Source of the DNA: Fonticula alba ATCC 38817
Taxonomy: Eukaryota > Protista > Nucleariida
Length of the DNA stretch: 64,000 nucleotides
Assembly (NCBI GenBank): GCA_000388065.2
Contig: KB932203.1
Direction: 5' to 3' (one strand)
Shown here: positions 9,887-24,196 of the stretch, one piece after another
How the letters are laid out: the number at the start of each line of letters is the position of its first letter
Numbering within the stretch: position 1 is the stretch's first letter
The notes under the pieces: generated by a model
The model's database searches: none
The model's input: only the letters and a program-made list of their open reading frames with translations
What the model was told of the DNA's origin: nothing
Made by a program: the position numbers and the translations under genes

Positions 9887-12722
9887 TGAGGCATACTGCC
9901 CATGGTGGAAGTGCGAGTGCTGCGCCGCGTGCGAATGGTGGTGCAGCAGGGGTCGGAGGAGGCTGCCCTCGCCACCGAGGCCGGCGCCCCCCTCGCGGCT
10001 GTCCTCCTCGAGAACCATGTCCGATGCAGGACCGGTCGGCTGGGCGAGAAGCGACCCCGCCGGCATGCCCATGCCGCCCTGGCTCGAGCCCGCCGAGTAG
10101 GCCGCACTGTGGAGGCTGGCTCCGGGGTCGGCAGAAGGCGGGAAGAACACCGGGCCACCGGGCGGCGGCCAGGAGTTCCGGTTCGAACGTGCGGGCAGCA
10201 GGGGCTCTGCAAAAGGATCCCACCCAAGGCAGGGGCCATGTCAGTTTCAGGGTCCCATGGACGTGCGGCAAAGGTGCCGCGACACGCGACATAGAGCACA
10301 TGCGAGGGGGGGGGGGGGGGGGGGCGATGGGGCAGCGTACGAGACATCTCCGACGGGAGATCCGGCGGCATAGCCGCACCATGCATCATGAGACCTGGAT
10401 TGGAGAAGCGCCAACGCGAAGCACAACATCCGGGTCGCCACAAGGGCGCACATACACACACACACACACATACACACACACGCGCGCGCGCACGGAAACA
10501 ACGCGTGACGTCAGGACCGGAGAGTTAGAACACAATGATGACGGACATGCAGCCGACCCAGGCCGCGAAGTGAAGGCCCCGGTGCGGCCGACACCAAAGA
10601 CACACGCTGTGGAGGACGTACCGCCACTAGGGGACCGCCCGGCAGTGGCGCCTGCCCCCTGTAACATGCTGGTCATGCGCTCCCAGGGCCCACGGGTGGG
10701 ATCGTGCCCGGGCAGGCTGCCCGGGGCCAGGCGGTCGTCGCCCTCCCCGGGCCCGGACGGAACCGGCGGATCGGAGGACTCCAACGAAATCCGGCCCAGT
10801 CGGGCGAGCTCGGTGTTGGCACTGTTGCGGCGCTCGCCGCCAGCCCCCGGGGCCGCCACCGGCGGGTCCGACCGGAGATCCTGGTCGCCATACTCCACGG
10901 CCCCGGGGCCTCGAAGCCCCCCCACGGCCAGCGGCATGTCATGCAGCGACTCGCGCCGGCTGCCCGGGGCCGAGGAGGAGGTCGCCGACTCGGAGCCCAC
11001 GTCGGAATACTCGTCGCGCAGGCTGCCACCCGGGGCCACGGCCCCCGGCTCCAGGCCCAACGGGCTTCCCGGCTCCGAGAGGCACTCATCATCCACCGGG
11101 TCCTCATCGCCGGGGTCATTGCCCGGCCCGCCGGAGGGGCAGCTGGTGGAGGACTTCCGCGCGTCGCGACTGTGGATCTTCTTATGCTGGGCCAGGTTGT
11201 CCCGGCGGCTGAAGTACTTGTTGCAGGTCTCGCACTTGAAGGGCTTCTCCCCGGTGTGCATCAGGTGATGGCGCTTCAGGTGCTCGAACCGGTGGAAGGC
11301 CTTGTTGCAGGAGGGCTCGGTGCAGCAAAAGATCTTGGTCAGCCGGTTGAGCCGCATACACAGGGTGATGCCCACGTCGGCGGTCAGCTCGCCGCCGGTG
11401 TGCGTCGGGGTCCGGATCTTGGCAATGAGCAGCGACATGTTCAGGGCATTGGGCCGCGACCCGGGCAGGGAGACATTCTTGTTGATGGGCGGCGACAGCT
11501 CGCTGAGGCTGCCCCCGGCCGTGGTGGTCTGGGCATTCTGCTGCTGGATGATGCCGGAGATGAAGTCGCTCGAGAGGCCGATCAGCTCGCGCGGGACCGC
11601 CTGCGATGCGAGCCCCGGCATGTGGTGATGCCCATGGTGTGGCCCATGGTGGTGGCCGTGATGGAAGGCATGGACCTGGGCCAGGTGCGGGTGGTGGTGG
11701 GGATGGTGGACCTGCTGCTGTGCCAGCATATGGTGCGCATGCTGGCCCTGATGGGCATGCAGCTGGCCGTGGTGCAGCTGGCCATGGTGCAACTGGCCGT
11801 GGTGCAGCTGGCCATGGTGCATGGCCGCATGGTGGGTCGGGTGGAAGGCATGCCCCGGGGCCCCGAGGGCGAGGCCGGCGGCCCCGGCCGCGGAGGAGCC
11901 GGCGAAAACGAAATCCGACTCCTCGGCCAAACGCCCAGGCCCGGCGCCCGGATGCATCATCCCCCCGAAGGCCGGGTGGCCGGTGCCATTGCCGGCAGTG
12001 GTGCCGTTGCTTGCGCCGGGCCCGCCACCGCCACTGCCGACGCCGACGCCGACGCCGACGCTTCCATTGCCGGTGCTATTGCCACCGCCCGCGCCGCCGG
12101 CCACGCCCAAATCCGCCCCGGGCCCGGCACCCTGTAGAGGGTGATACCCGAGGAATTGGGCCTGGTACGAGGAGCCCTGGCTGGCGGGAATGGTCAGAAG
12201 GGCCTGCTGGGAGAAGTCCCCAGCCGGCTGGACTTGGTGCGGGGGCTGCTGCACTTGGCCCGCGTGGGCGTGGAAAATACCGGAGTAGTCCGCCAGCCCG
12301 CCGGGGGCCAGGTGAACATCGGCCGAGGGGGCCCCGAAGCCGCCACCGCCGCTCGACAGCGACAGTCCCATGTAGGCTCCAGCAGCGGGCCCGCCAGCCC
12401 CCGGGGCCAGGGGCGGTGGCAGGTCCCCCGTCGCATGGAAGGACCCCTCCTCGAGGTAGAAGCCGCCGGAGGAGGAGGCGGACACGGTGTTGGCCCCGGA
12501 TCCGGGCCCGGACCCGGGGAAGTCCCCATTGTCGGGCCGGGGTGGCACGCCCGGAAGAAGGCCCCCGGCGAAGTAGGACCCCGGCTTGGGGCCCTCGTGA
12601 GGGGGGTACTCCGAAGTGTAGTCATCATGGCCGGGGCCGGCCTGCGCCGAGATCAAGGTGCTCTTGTCTTCTTCCGTGGCGGGGTGTGGGCGCCCGGGCT
12701 GGAAGCCCCCTGGGGGGTTCAT
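7083..12722 (-). CDS. Large C2H2 zinc-finger transcription factor (2 fingers; His-, Gln-, Ala-, Gly-rich); exons 12722-10622, 10394-10341, 10206-into gap; C-terminus unresolved in N-gap 7083-7187
   Basis: Fingers [51 protein letters not shown] at ~11161-11335. The downstream ORF starts only at GTG (10150). Phase-1 splices GTACGT(10621)/CCAG(10395) and GTACGC(10340)/GCAG(10207) join the ORFs in frame without stops. Confidence 0.75.
7188..7252 (-). repeat. (CAG)n polyglutamine tract, >=20 units, running into an assembly gap
   Basis: (TGC)n on the + strand, in frame as poly-Q in the zinc-finger gene. Confidence 0.9.
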
Positions 12723-13309
12723 GCTATCGGTCGCTTCGCCAAGGACCCGATGGCAGGGAGGGAGGGGCTAGGGAGCGGGGGTGGGGGGGAGTAGGGGGGG
12801 GGGGGAGTGCTGCAACGAAGCGTCTCGGCGGAAGGGCAGACGGAGGGCGCTACATGATATGGGTGCCCATATCGGGAGGCAAGGGGTCAATGCTTTCTTG
12901 GCGAGGCTGCGGGGGAGGCGCCCTTGCGTTCTGGGCGGCTGAGGCGCTCATGTACGTACGAGCGGGACTTGGGTGCCAAGCAAGAAGAGCCAAAGGGCCG
13001 GACGTGGTGGAGGTCCGGATTGCTCGGAGGCCGGGGCGTATCAGGGGGGGGTAACTGGGTCGGAGGACGCCAGAAAAGCACATTCAATGGGGGGGAGCCA
13101 GGGAGAACAAGCGACCGAGGAGAGTGGTCAGCTTCCGCCTTGCGAGGCCTGTCTGTCCCTTTCGGGCGATATAAACCGGCAGTCAGCCAACTTGGTGGTA
13201 CCTCGCTCAAACAAGGGAGGGAAGGAGGGGGGGGGGGGCGAATGCGTCTGCAGCCCCAGAGCTATCGGGTGCACTAGGCAGTGGATGGGAGCTTTTGGTG
13301 ACGGCGGGG

Positions 13310-14184
13310 NNNNNNNNNNNNNNNNNNNNNNNNNNNNNNNNNNNNNNNNNNNNNNNNNNNNNNNNNNNNNNNNNNNNNNNNNNNNNNNNNNNNNNNNNNN
13401 NNNNNNNNNNNNNNNNNNNNNNNNNNNNNNNNNNNNNNNNNNNNNNNNNNNNNNNNNNNNNNNNNNNNNNNNNNNNNNNNNNNNNNNNNNNNNNNNNNNN
13501 NNNNNNNNNNNNNNNNNNNNNNNNNNNNNNNNNNNNNNNNNNNNNNNNNNNNNNNNNNNNNNNNNNNNNNNNNNNNNNNNNNNNNNNNNNNNNNNNNNNN
13601 NNNNNNNNNNNNNNNNNNNNNNNNNNNNNNNNNNNNNNNNNNNNNNNNNNNNNNNNNNNNNNNNNNNNNNNNNNNNNNNNNNNNNNNNNNNNNNNNNNNN
13701 NNNNNNNNNNNNNNNNNNNNNNNNNNNNNNNNNNNNNNNNNNNNNNNNNNNNNNNNNNNNNNNNNNNNNNNNNNNNNNNNNNNNNNNNNNNNNNNNNNNN
13801 NNNNNNNNNNNNNNNNNNNNNNNNNNNNNNNNNNNNNNNNNNNNNNNNNNNNNNNNNNNNNNNNNNNNNNNNNNNNNNNNNNNNNNNNNNNNNNNNNNNN
13901 NNNNNNNNNNNNNNNNNNNNNNNNNNNNNNNNNNNNNNNNNNNNNNNNNNNNNNNNNNNNNNNNNNNNNNNNNNNNNNNNNNNNNNNNNNNNNNNNNNNN
14001 NNNNNNNNNNNNNNNNNNNNNNNNNNNNNNNNNNNNNNNNNNNNNNNNNNNNNNNNNNNNNNNNNNNNNNNNNNNNNNNNNNNNNNNNNNNNNNNNNNNN
14101 NNNNNNNNNNNNNNNNNNNNNNNNNNNNNNNNNNNNNNNNNNNNNNNNNNNNNNNNNNNNNNNNNNNNNNNNNNNNNNNNNNNN
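13310..14184. other. Assembly gap (N run); other gaps at 7083-7187, 20116-20130, 35562-35794, 36943-37048, 57319-57388, 59750-60490, 63060-63069
   Basis: N characters; most gaps abut G/C homopolymers or microsatellites. Confidence 1.
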
Positions 14185-14227
<43 letters not shown>

Positions 14228-17200
14228 GGTGTCGACCGCTTCGTTCCCGGCCCTCCTGCCATTTGGTGCGGTCGACCCTTTTGTTTTTATTTTCCGGGTC
14301 CCTCGTCCCCGCCCGCCCCGCCGGGCCTCTCTCTCTCATACACACACACACATACACATCCCCATGTGCCTCACGCATACCAACGCCCTCAGCCCATCTG
14401 CCTCGGCCGCAATAGTGCCAGTATCAGACCCGCGCGCCTTCGTCGCGGGCTCCACGCGACGCGCGACATGCGCGGCGCACCAGCTCCAAGGTACAACCTC
14501 CACCCTCTGTCCTGGAAGGGGAGGAGGCAAGACGGGGCGGGACATACATGGGGCATGGGGCAGTGCCGGGACTCCTTCATGGCTGGGAGCTGATGCCCCT
14601 GACACGAGAAAAAATATGCACATTTGCGCGAGTGCATGCGTGCATGCACACACACACACACACACACGCACGCACGCACGAAAATGCGTCCGCGCACGCA
14701 CTTGGAAGTAGCCCTGATCAGCCCGCGCCCGAAAGGCACGAGTGTGAGGCTCGGCCGAGGCGCTTCGGAGAAGGGCGCTCCCGACTCAGGACAAGGATGG
14801 TGGCAAGGCCCAGGGGCTGCTCGAGAGCGGGGCATCCTCTGGTAGCAAGAGCCCCCTGCCGCGCCGGGCCGCGCCCCTGTTGCCCTAGCCGGCACGCCCC
14901 ATGCCACCAGGGCAAGGACCGAGCAAAGCACCGGTTTCTGTAGGGCAGCCTTGGGTGGGGATCTTTCCCCGGAAACAGGCACCCCTCGTCCACGGGCTTG
15001 GTGCACCCTCGGCGCTCGGGCCAAGGGTGCCGGCGACCCTGGCAGCCCGGGCCGGCACGCGCTTACCACCGGACAATATCCTCCCGGGGCGCCGGGGCCG
15101 GGCTACCAACCTCGGGCCCGGTGTAAGGGGGGGGGGGGTCGTCGGGAAGTGCGGTGTCGACGCCGGGCCGAGTAGAGCCCCGCCCCTCCCGGGGTGGGGG
15201 GGGGGGCAGACCATGGATCGGCACGGCAGTCGGGGAGCCGATGTCAGCACCTGGGCACTGAGCACAGGCGCCTGCGGCCATTACACACCGGGCGTGGGCA
15301 GTCGAAAGACCGGGGCTGGGGCCGAGGGGCCGGCCAACAAGGCGCGGCTCCCGGTGAGGAACGGGCCCCGAAGTGGTCCAACAAGCACAGGCTGGTGCCC
15401 AGCCGGGGTCCAGGGCTTAACAGCCTCCCGGCATTCGGGGGCACCCGGCCCCCAGCATGCGACGCCCGATTGGCGACCCCCGCGCCCGAAAGCTCGTGCT
15501 TGGAACCACCCATCGCGCCCGGAAGAGCAAGAGTGATTGCTGTCAAGGAGGGGGAGGGGGGGCAGGCCTGACATTGGACGATTCTATGACTGGATTTGGC
15601 TGGCGTACGCCACGCCTCTTCGCGCGGGGGGGAGAGCGAGAGGGGGCGACGTGGCTGGCGGGCCCTCCACTGGCTCCCGGCAATCTGGCGGCCACACCCG
15701 TGGGCCCGGTCGGGGTGCAGCCGCCCGGCGAAAGGCGTCCTCCCCGAACGGGCGTGAGTGCGAAGACCCCAGTAGCGACGCAAGCATTCCCATGACAGGA
15801 ACGAAGGAACACGGCGATACAACTGGAAGGGGGAGGGTGCTGGCACGGGGGGAGGGGGGGGGAGGGGGGGAAGCGCCAGGAAGAGGCGGGTCGCCTGGGC
15901 CGGGGGCTGACACCTCTTCGGGGCCGGGGCCGGGGCCGAGCACGACGCGCGGATCAACCGACTGCATGGGCCGACCCGGTGCCCGGGTGCATGGTCTCAC
16001 ATGTCCCCCGACCCGTGCATCTCCCACCTGGCCGGGGCATGAGGCACAATATTGTCAGCCTGGCACCCTTGGGAAGCGAGTGGACACGCGTGCTCGCACT
16101 CGAACACGACCACGGCCACAACCACAACGATGACGGTGACGACCGCGACGCCGGGCAGTCCACCAAATGCACCTCGACCGGGCCGCACAATGGCTGCGAG
16201 CGCGTGCATGGCACTCGGGCGGGGCCCGCGATTGGCCGCAATGACCCCCGCTCCGGGGTGTCCCACGCGCCAGCGGCCGTATGGGCAAAGGCCAATCCAG
16301 GTGACACGGGCATTCTTTCGGATCTGGCGTGTGTGTGGCCGCTCTTCAGCACGAACAACACACGCCAGGCTGCGATATACGGGCGAAGGGGGCAAAGAAA
16401 AAAAAGGACAACCAATCGCAACCCTGGAAAATGGGCGCACCCCCTCCCTGCGAAATGTGAAAAGGCGCCGCCGACACACGATGAGGCGGCGCCAGGTGGC
16501 CGAACAAACTGACACGCGTGCTCCGCACGACACATGCCACTACCCCGCCCCCGAGTCGGCAGGCAGTGCGGAAATGAGCGCATCCCCGCGTGTACGGCCC
16601 TGGGAGCCTGGGGGGGGGGGGGGGGACAATCGAGCGACAAGGCTGCCAGCATGCATGAGACAGCGGAGGGCGAGGGCATGCCTTCTTGCGCCTTTGCGCT
16701 TTGTCGGCCGCTCTCTTTTGCCCTGCCACCTTCTACCGGTCTGCCTCTGAGGCCTGCCCTCCTGGTAGAGGGTAGGGGGCTCGGCTTTGTTCATGTCGGG
16801 CACAGGAAGGCGAGAGCCACCACCAAGCGAGAGGGCCTTTCCCTCGGTCGAGGAGTTCGGCCTGGGATGTGCGGCAGAGGGGGGATGGGGGAGAAGGCAG
16901 TGAGGCCGCTGCCTGGCTTGAAGGCCGGGAGCAGACGCTGCCACCACCGTCTAAAACACGCCGCCCCGGATGGCGGGGATTGTGGGCGTGCAATCCAGGT
17001 CGTTTGCGTGGCCCCAGTTGTGCGAGGGAGCGCTCTGCCGCATTCGGGGGAGGGAGACCGAAGCCCAGCCGCGATCGCCAGAGAGGGAGCAAGAAAGGGA
17101 GAACACACGCCCGCACACGCCCGCACACGCCCGCACACGTACACAGACAAAGTGCACACACACGAAGCATCGGGGGGGAACGGGCCAATGAGACACGCCA

Positions 17201-17869
17201 CCCAGGGAGGACAGATGTCAGAGCCGGTGTGGAAAGGCCCCGGCCCCGGCGCCCACACCGGCGACCGCGCCGGCCCGGGGGCGTACGAGGGGACCGGAGC
17301 AGTCAGCAACCTCGCTCGGCACCTGGATACCCGGCCGAATCGTTGGCATTTGGCATTCTCCGTCGCCACCTGTGCCTTGCCTCAGCGCGCCGGCACACAA
17401 CGAAGCCCCCCCCCCCCGGCGGTCGTCCTGCTGTCCATTTGTCAAGGATGGTCGCTCTCAGGGGGAGCGGACGGATGCTTTGAGCCATGTCATTGGTTAC
17501 CGGCGCATTGGCAAACGAGGCAATCGCGCCGCCCCCGCGCGTCGCCGGGGCCACAGCCGCACACTTTGGGCAAGGGACACCGGCGCCCCAGGGATAGCCA
17601 GCATCGCCAGCAGGGCGGGCCCCGTCGCCCCTCCGCCCCCCCCCCCCCCCCTTCCATCCCGCCGATGCATCGGAGGCACCGCCTCCGGCAGAGCCTGGTG
17701 GCAGCGGAGAGCGAGGCAGAAGCAAGACACAGTCAGGAACAGGCACGGGGCGAAGGGCTCGGCCTGTGTGCCCCCGCCCGGTGGTGGAGGGGTTTGTTTT
17801 ATTTGCCTATGCATTTTTTTGGGAAGTAGCTGAGCCGCTCTCAAGGATCCGCACAATGGCCTGCTCCTG

Positions 17870-17895
17870 CGGGGGGGGGGGGGGGGGGGGGGGGG

Positions 17896-17989
<94 letters not shown>
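17870..17989. repeat. Near-pure poly-G tract (~120 nt, few interruptions)
   Basis: Directly visible. Confidence 0.95.
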
Positions 17990-18146
17990 GCTCTCACATG
18001 GGGCGGCATCATCGATGGATGAACAGCGCCGCTAGTTGCCATGCTTGCGAGTCTCCTTTCGCCACTGCTCGAGCCGGCGATGCTGCCACTTCCGGGCGCG
18101 AGCGCCGCCTTCGAATCCGAGATACACACATACATCCACATACATC

Positions 18147-18178
<32 letters not shown>

Positions 18179-18299
18179 TACAATGGACAGGAACATGGGT
18201 GAGCGGCCAGGGCACAGGGCAGGCGGGAGGGGAGGGGGGGGGGGGGCTGTCCGCCGATCTCCAAGAGGAGAACTCCATGTAGGATGGCGTCCCAGAAAT

Positions 18300-20667
18300 C
18301 TAAGAGGAGGGAGTTGAGCAGGGCAGGCTGGCGTTGTCGATGGTGGCAGCGGCGGTGGGGATGGCGGCAGCAGCATCACGGCGCTCGCGTGATTGGCGCC
18401 GGGCCGCAGCACGGCGCTCCGCCCTGGCCTGCGCCGTGGCGGCCCTCTGCTCGACGGCCTCGGGGAGGGCCTCCTGGCGGAGGTGCTCCCTTTGCGAAGC
18501 CAGCTCCCCCTCCACGAGGGCCAGCAGGCGCACATCGTCTGAGTGGTAGCCGAGTGTCTGGTTGGCGCTCGGATCGGCCATGGCCTCAGCCTGCTGGCGC
18601 TCACGCGTCCTGGTGTCCAATGGCCAGGAGGAGATGAAGCCGAAGTCGGGCAGCGATGTACAGCCCAAGGCCTGGGGCTCCATCGCCTCAAGTCGCTCGA
18701 GAGCTGCCCATGCAATCATGGCCGCGTTGTCCGAGCACAGGGCCGCCGGGGGGAAGGATGGCGTGAGGCCATGCTTTTCGGCGAAGTTGACAAAGCTGAT
18801 GTGGATGGGAAAGGCAGGGGCGGGGACAGGGGGGGTGGGGGGATTAGCGCCATGAAGGAAGAACGACGGCAGAGGGACCGGGGGAGGGGGAGGATGAAGG
18901 TGCCAAAGAGGGGGGGATTGCGGCGCACCCGTTGCGGAGGAAGCGGTTCTGAGCCACGCCGCCGCTGACCACCAGGTGCTTGAATGTGCCCATCTCGGCG
19001 GCCTGCGCGCGGGGGGGGGGGGTATTCGGATAGCCGGCAGGGGGGGATCGGGGAAAGGGGAAGGGGGGGGAGGTCAGCCGCTGCCCGGGAGGGAGAACAG
19101 AGACAAGGGCAAGGAAAAGTGGTGGAGCTTGACAAACCAGATGGCGTGCGGTGCGGTTCAGTTGCTGCTGCATGTGTAACCAAGCTGTCTGCTGGAAGGA
19201 GGCAGCGATGTTGTTGACAAACTCCTCCGATGGAGAGGCCTCAGCCTCGATGCTGAATGGCCGGCACGAGCGTCAGATGCCGGAGAGGTGGGGGAGTGAG
19301 AGAGAGAGAGAGAGAGAGGGAAGGAGGGGGGGGGGCGAGGAAGAGTTGGCGGAAAGAGAGACGGCGCGACGCACAGCTGGATGACCGAGCTCATGAGACC
19401 GGCATAGCTAAATCCGATGCCTGGATGCTTGGCCAAGGGCACCGAGTAGTTGAAAGCGGTGGGATCGCCATGCTCGGCAGCAAGTTCGAGCGCGGCGCCT
19501 GGAGCAATACCACTCGGCGTGGCGCCCGAGAGGGCGCCTGCCTGCCAGGCCAGGCCCAACGACCGGGAGACCTTGTCGAAGGCGACGCCGATGCTGTTGT
19601 CGCGGGTGGTGCCGAGCTGGGGGACAGGGACACGGTGATGTGAGAGGGAGAGAAAGGGGAGAGAGAGAGAGGGGGGGGGGGAGACCATGACAATCAAGCG
19701 AGAGCCGGGCAGCATGAGACATGACCGGAAACCGACGCGCACCACCTCGAAGTGGTCCAACGACCGGACCACCACAATCAGGGTGTGCCCGCCGGAAATG
19801 AGCACGCAGAGGAAGGGGAAGTCGATGTTGGCCGGGGCGGGCATGGTGCTGATATCCTCCGGGGTGTGAACGCGGCCCAGGGGGGTCAGGCGCGCTGTCA
19901 GCGCATGCGCCTCCATGTGGTGAACCCCGAGCAGCGGCAGGTTCGTGGTGGCGGCGATGACCCGAGCCGAGGCAATTCCGGCCGCCAGGCAGGGAGACAG
20001 CCCGGGACCGCGCGTGACTGCCACGGCCGAGAGATCGGACAAGTGGATCCCAGCAGTCTGGATCGCACTGAACGGAGGGTGAGTACATTTAGCCAGAAGG
20101 GCGGGGGGGGAGGGGNNNNNNNNNNNNNNNGGGGGGGGGGGGCGGATCGGAGCGAGCGAGTGCGCACGTGCGGATGGCGATCGGCAGACGGGTTGAGTGG
20201 AAGGCGCTTGCTACCCGAGGATGCACCCCCTGGAAGGATCGGAGAGCCTGGAATTGCGAGAGCTGGATGTTGGACCGGATCATACGGTTGCTGTCGACCT
20301 GCCGGCAGAGGGGAGGGGGAGAGGGAGAAAGAAGCAGGGTGAGTGATCAACGGGGAAGGCCAGGGGTTACGGGGGGGGAGAGAAGAAAAAACAGCGGAGC
20401 ACGCACGACTGAGACACAGGTGTCATCACAGCTGGTCTCGATAGCCAGGACAACATGCTTGGCCGGGGGGAAGGGCCCGACCGAGGTGGGTCCGTGCGAG
20501 ATCTTGGGTGTGAGATCGCCGACGCTCAGCCGAGGGGGAGCCGGGGGAGCGGGATCGGCCGCTTCAGCTGACGTGGAGAAGGCTCGCAGGGCGGCTGCTC
20601 GGAGATGGGGGAGCTGCCCGGCCGTGCGGAGGGCCGCCGAGAGCGGCGCTCGTCCGGGGAGCATCAT
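18300..20667 (-). CDS. QRI7: tRNA N6-adenosine threonylcarbamoyltransferase, mitochondrial type (Qri7/OSGEPL1, TsaD family); 7 exons
   Basis: Spliced motifs VLAIETSCDDT, AVAVTRGPGL, VHHMEAH, LISGGHT, GVAFDKV, IAASFQ, LVVSGGVAQN and LCSDNAAMIAWA. The Arg/Leu/Ala-rich N-terminus ending RAFST looks like a mitochondrial presequence. All introns are GT-AG and in phase (exons start at 20667, 20298, 20067, 19616 ...). Confidence 0.93.
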
Positions 20668-22039
20668 GTGCGGGGGGGAGGTTGGGAAAGAATGGGATAG
20701 GGGCACAGGAGGCGCGCGCGCGCGGGAGGGGGGGGGGGGGGGGGGCGAAAAGGCGAGAAGATGCCGGGAGGTCGCATGTGTTTGGGCGGGCCTGGCCGCG
20801 CTGCGGCCCGGGATAAGGAGCCGTCCGTGGGCAGATTGCCAGGCGCGAATTGCTGGAGCGCGCCCTGGCTGGACACGTGTGAGTGCGGGCATTTTCCGTA
20901 TACATGGCGCTCGGGCGAGGGGGCTGTCGGAGCCTGCCCCGGCCCGCACGCTCCGGGGGGACGATCGAGGTGTAGATGCCGGCGCGGGCTCGGTGCCGAG
21001 AGGGGGAAATCGGAATCGGGCGCCCGGCGCCCCCTCCTTCGGGGCCGAGGCACGGAGAGCAGGCCGGTGAGCACACCACACGCGAGCCGAGGGAGAGAGG
21101 GAGGGGAGGGGGGGGGGGGCGAAGGTGCTGGACGCACACACGGGCGGAGAAAAAACGCGCGTCCCGGGCAACGGGCCAGGCTACCGCCCCCCCTCCCCGG
21201 GACCCAAGTGATGCACAGCGAGAGCCCGCCTCGACCGCCGGACAACAGGCAGAGAGAGGGACCCCCACACACGCTCCGGCCCCCGGCCCCTTGCTGATGA
21301 GAGGGGGGGCGAATCTCCCTTGCCATGAAAAAACACTCTCCCCACAACGGGCGGCCCGGCTGCCGCCCCCCCCCCCCGGCACCTGAGCCGGAAAACCGGG
21401 CACGCAGTGCCAAGAGCAGGTGCCCTGCATTTGCGCCTATACCGCCGCGGTTTGCGGGCGCGTAGACCTCTGCGCCGCATCTGGCCGCCCAAGCCCGCGC
21501 AAGAGCGCGGCGTTGGCTCATGGACGCATGCATGGCTGCGGCGCCACAAGACCGCACAACCCAGCCCCCGCTTGATAGCCGTGCCGCCGTCTCACCTCCC
21601 TCGGCCCTCTCTCTGCCCGGATCCTGCCAGCCGCCTACGGCGGGGTGGACAGGGCAGCGCGACAGGCGGAAAGGACGACGGGCATGCGCCGGGCTCAAAC
21701 CCTGCACACACACACACACACACACACCGCGCGCGCGCGAAAGCCCCCACAAAAAAAAACACATGCACCCAGACAGACAGGAAGGAAAAGACGAGGGAGA
21801 TATATGAAGGGGAAATCCGCAAGAAAGTGAGGGTATCATTCTGACAGGAGAGCAAGTCCCCCCCCAGAGGGAAAGGGCGACAATCTCTGACGGACTCATC
21901 GCACAACAAGAGACACTCAGATGCACAGCGAAGGATCGCGACCGACACTGCACGCATGCACGCGCGCGAGGTCGCGGCGACACATGTGCAAGAGCGCAGG
22001 CGCGCCCAGCAGAGAGCTCGAGAGAGAAGAGACGCTCAT

Positions 22040-24196
<2,157 letters not shown>

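Noticed and set aside
12800-13300. AGGGG/CCCCT (STRE) sites upstream of the Msn2-like gene suggesting autoregulation
   Set aside because: The pentamer is ubiquitous in this G-run-rich sequence, so presence is uninformative without statistics.
16090-16160. His/Asp-rich coding-like repeat (HDHGHNHNDDGDD)
   Set aside because: Short, with no supporting splice signals or flanking protein-like sequence; probably a degenerate trinucleotide repeat.
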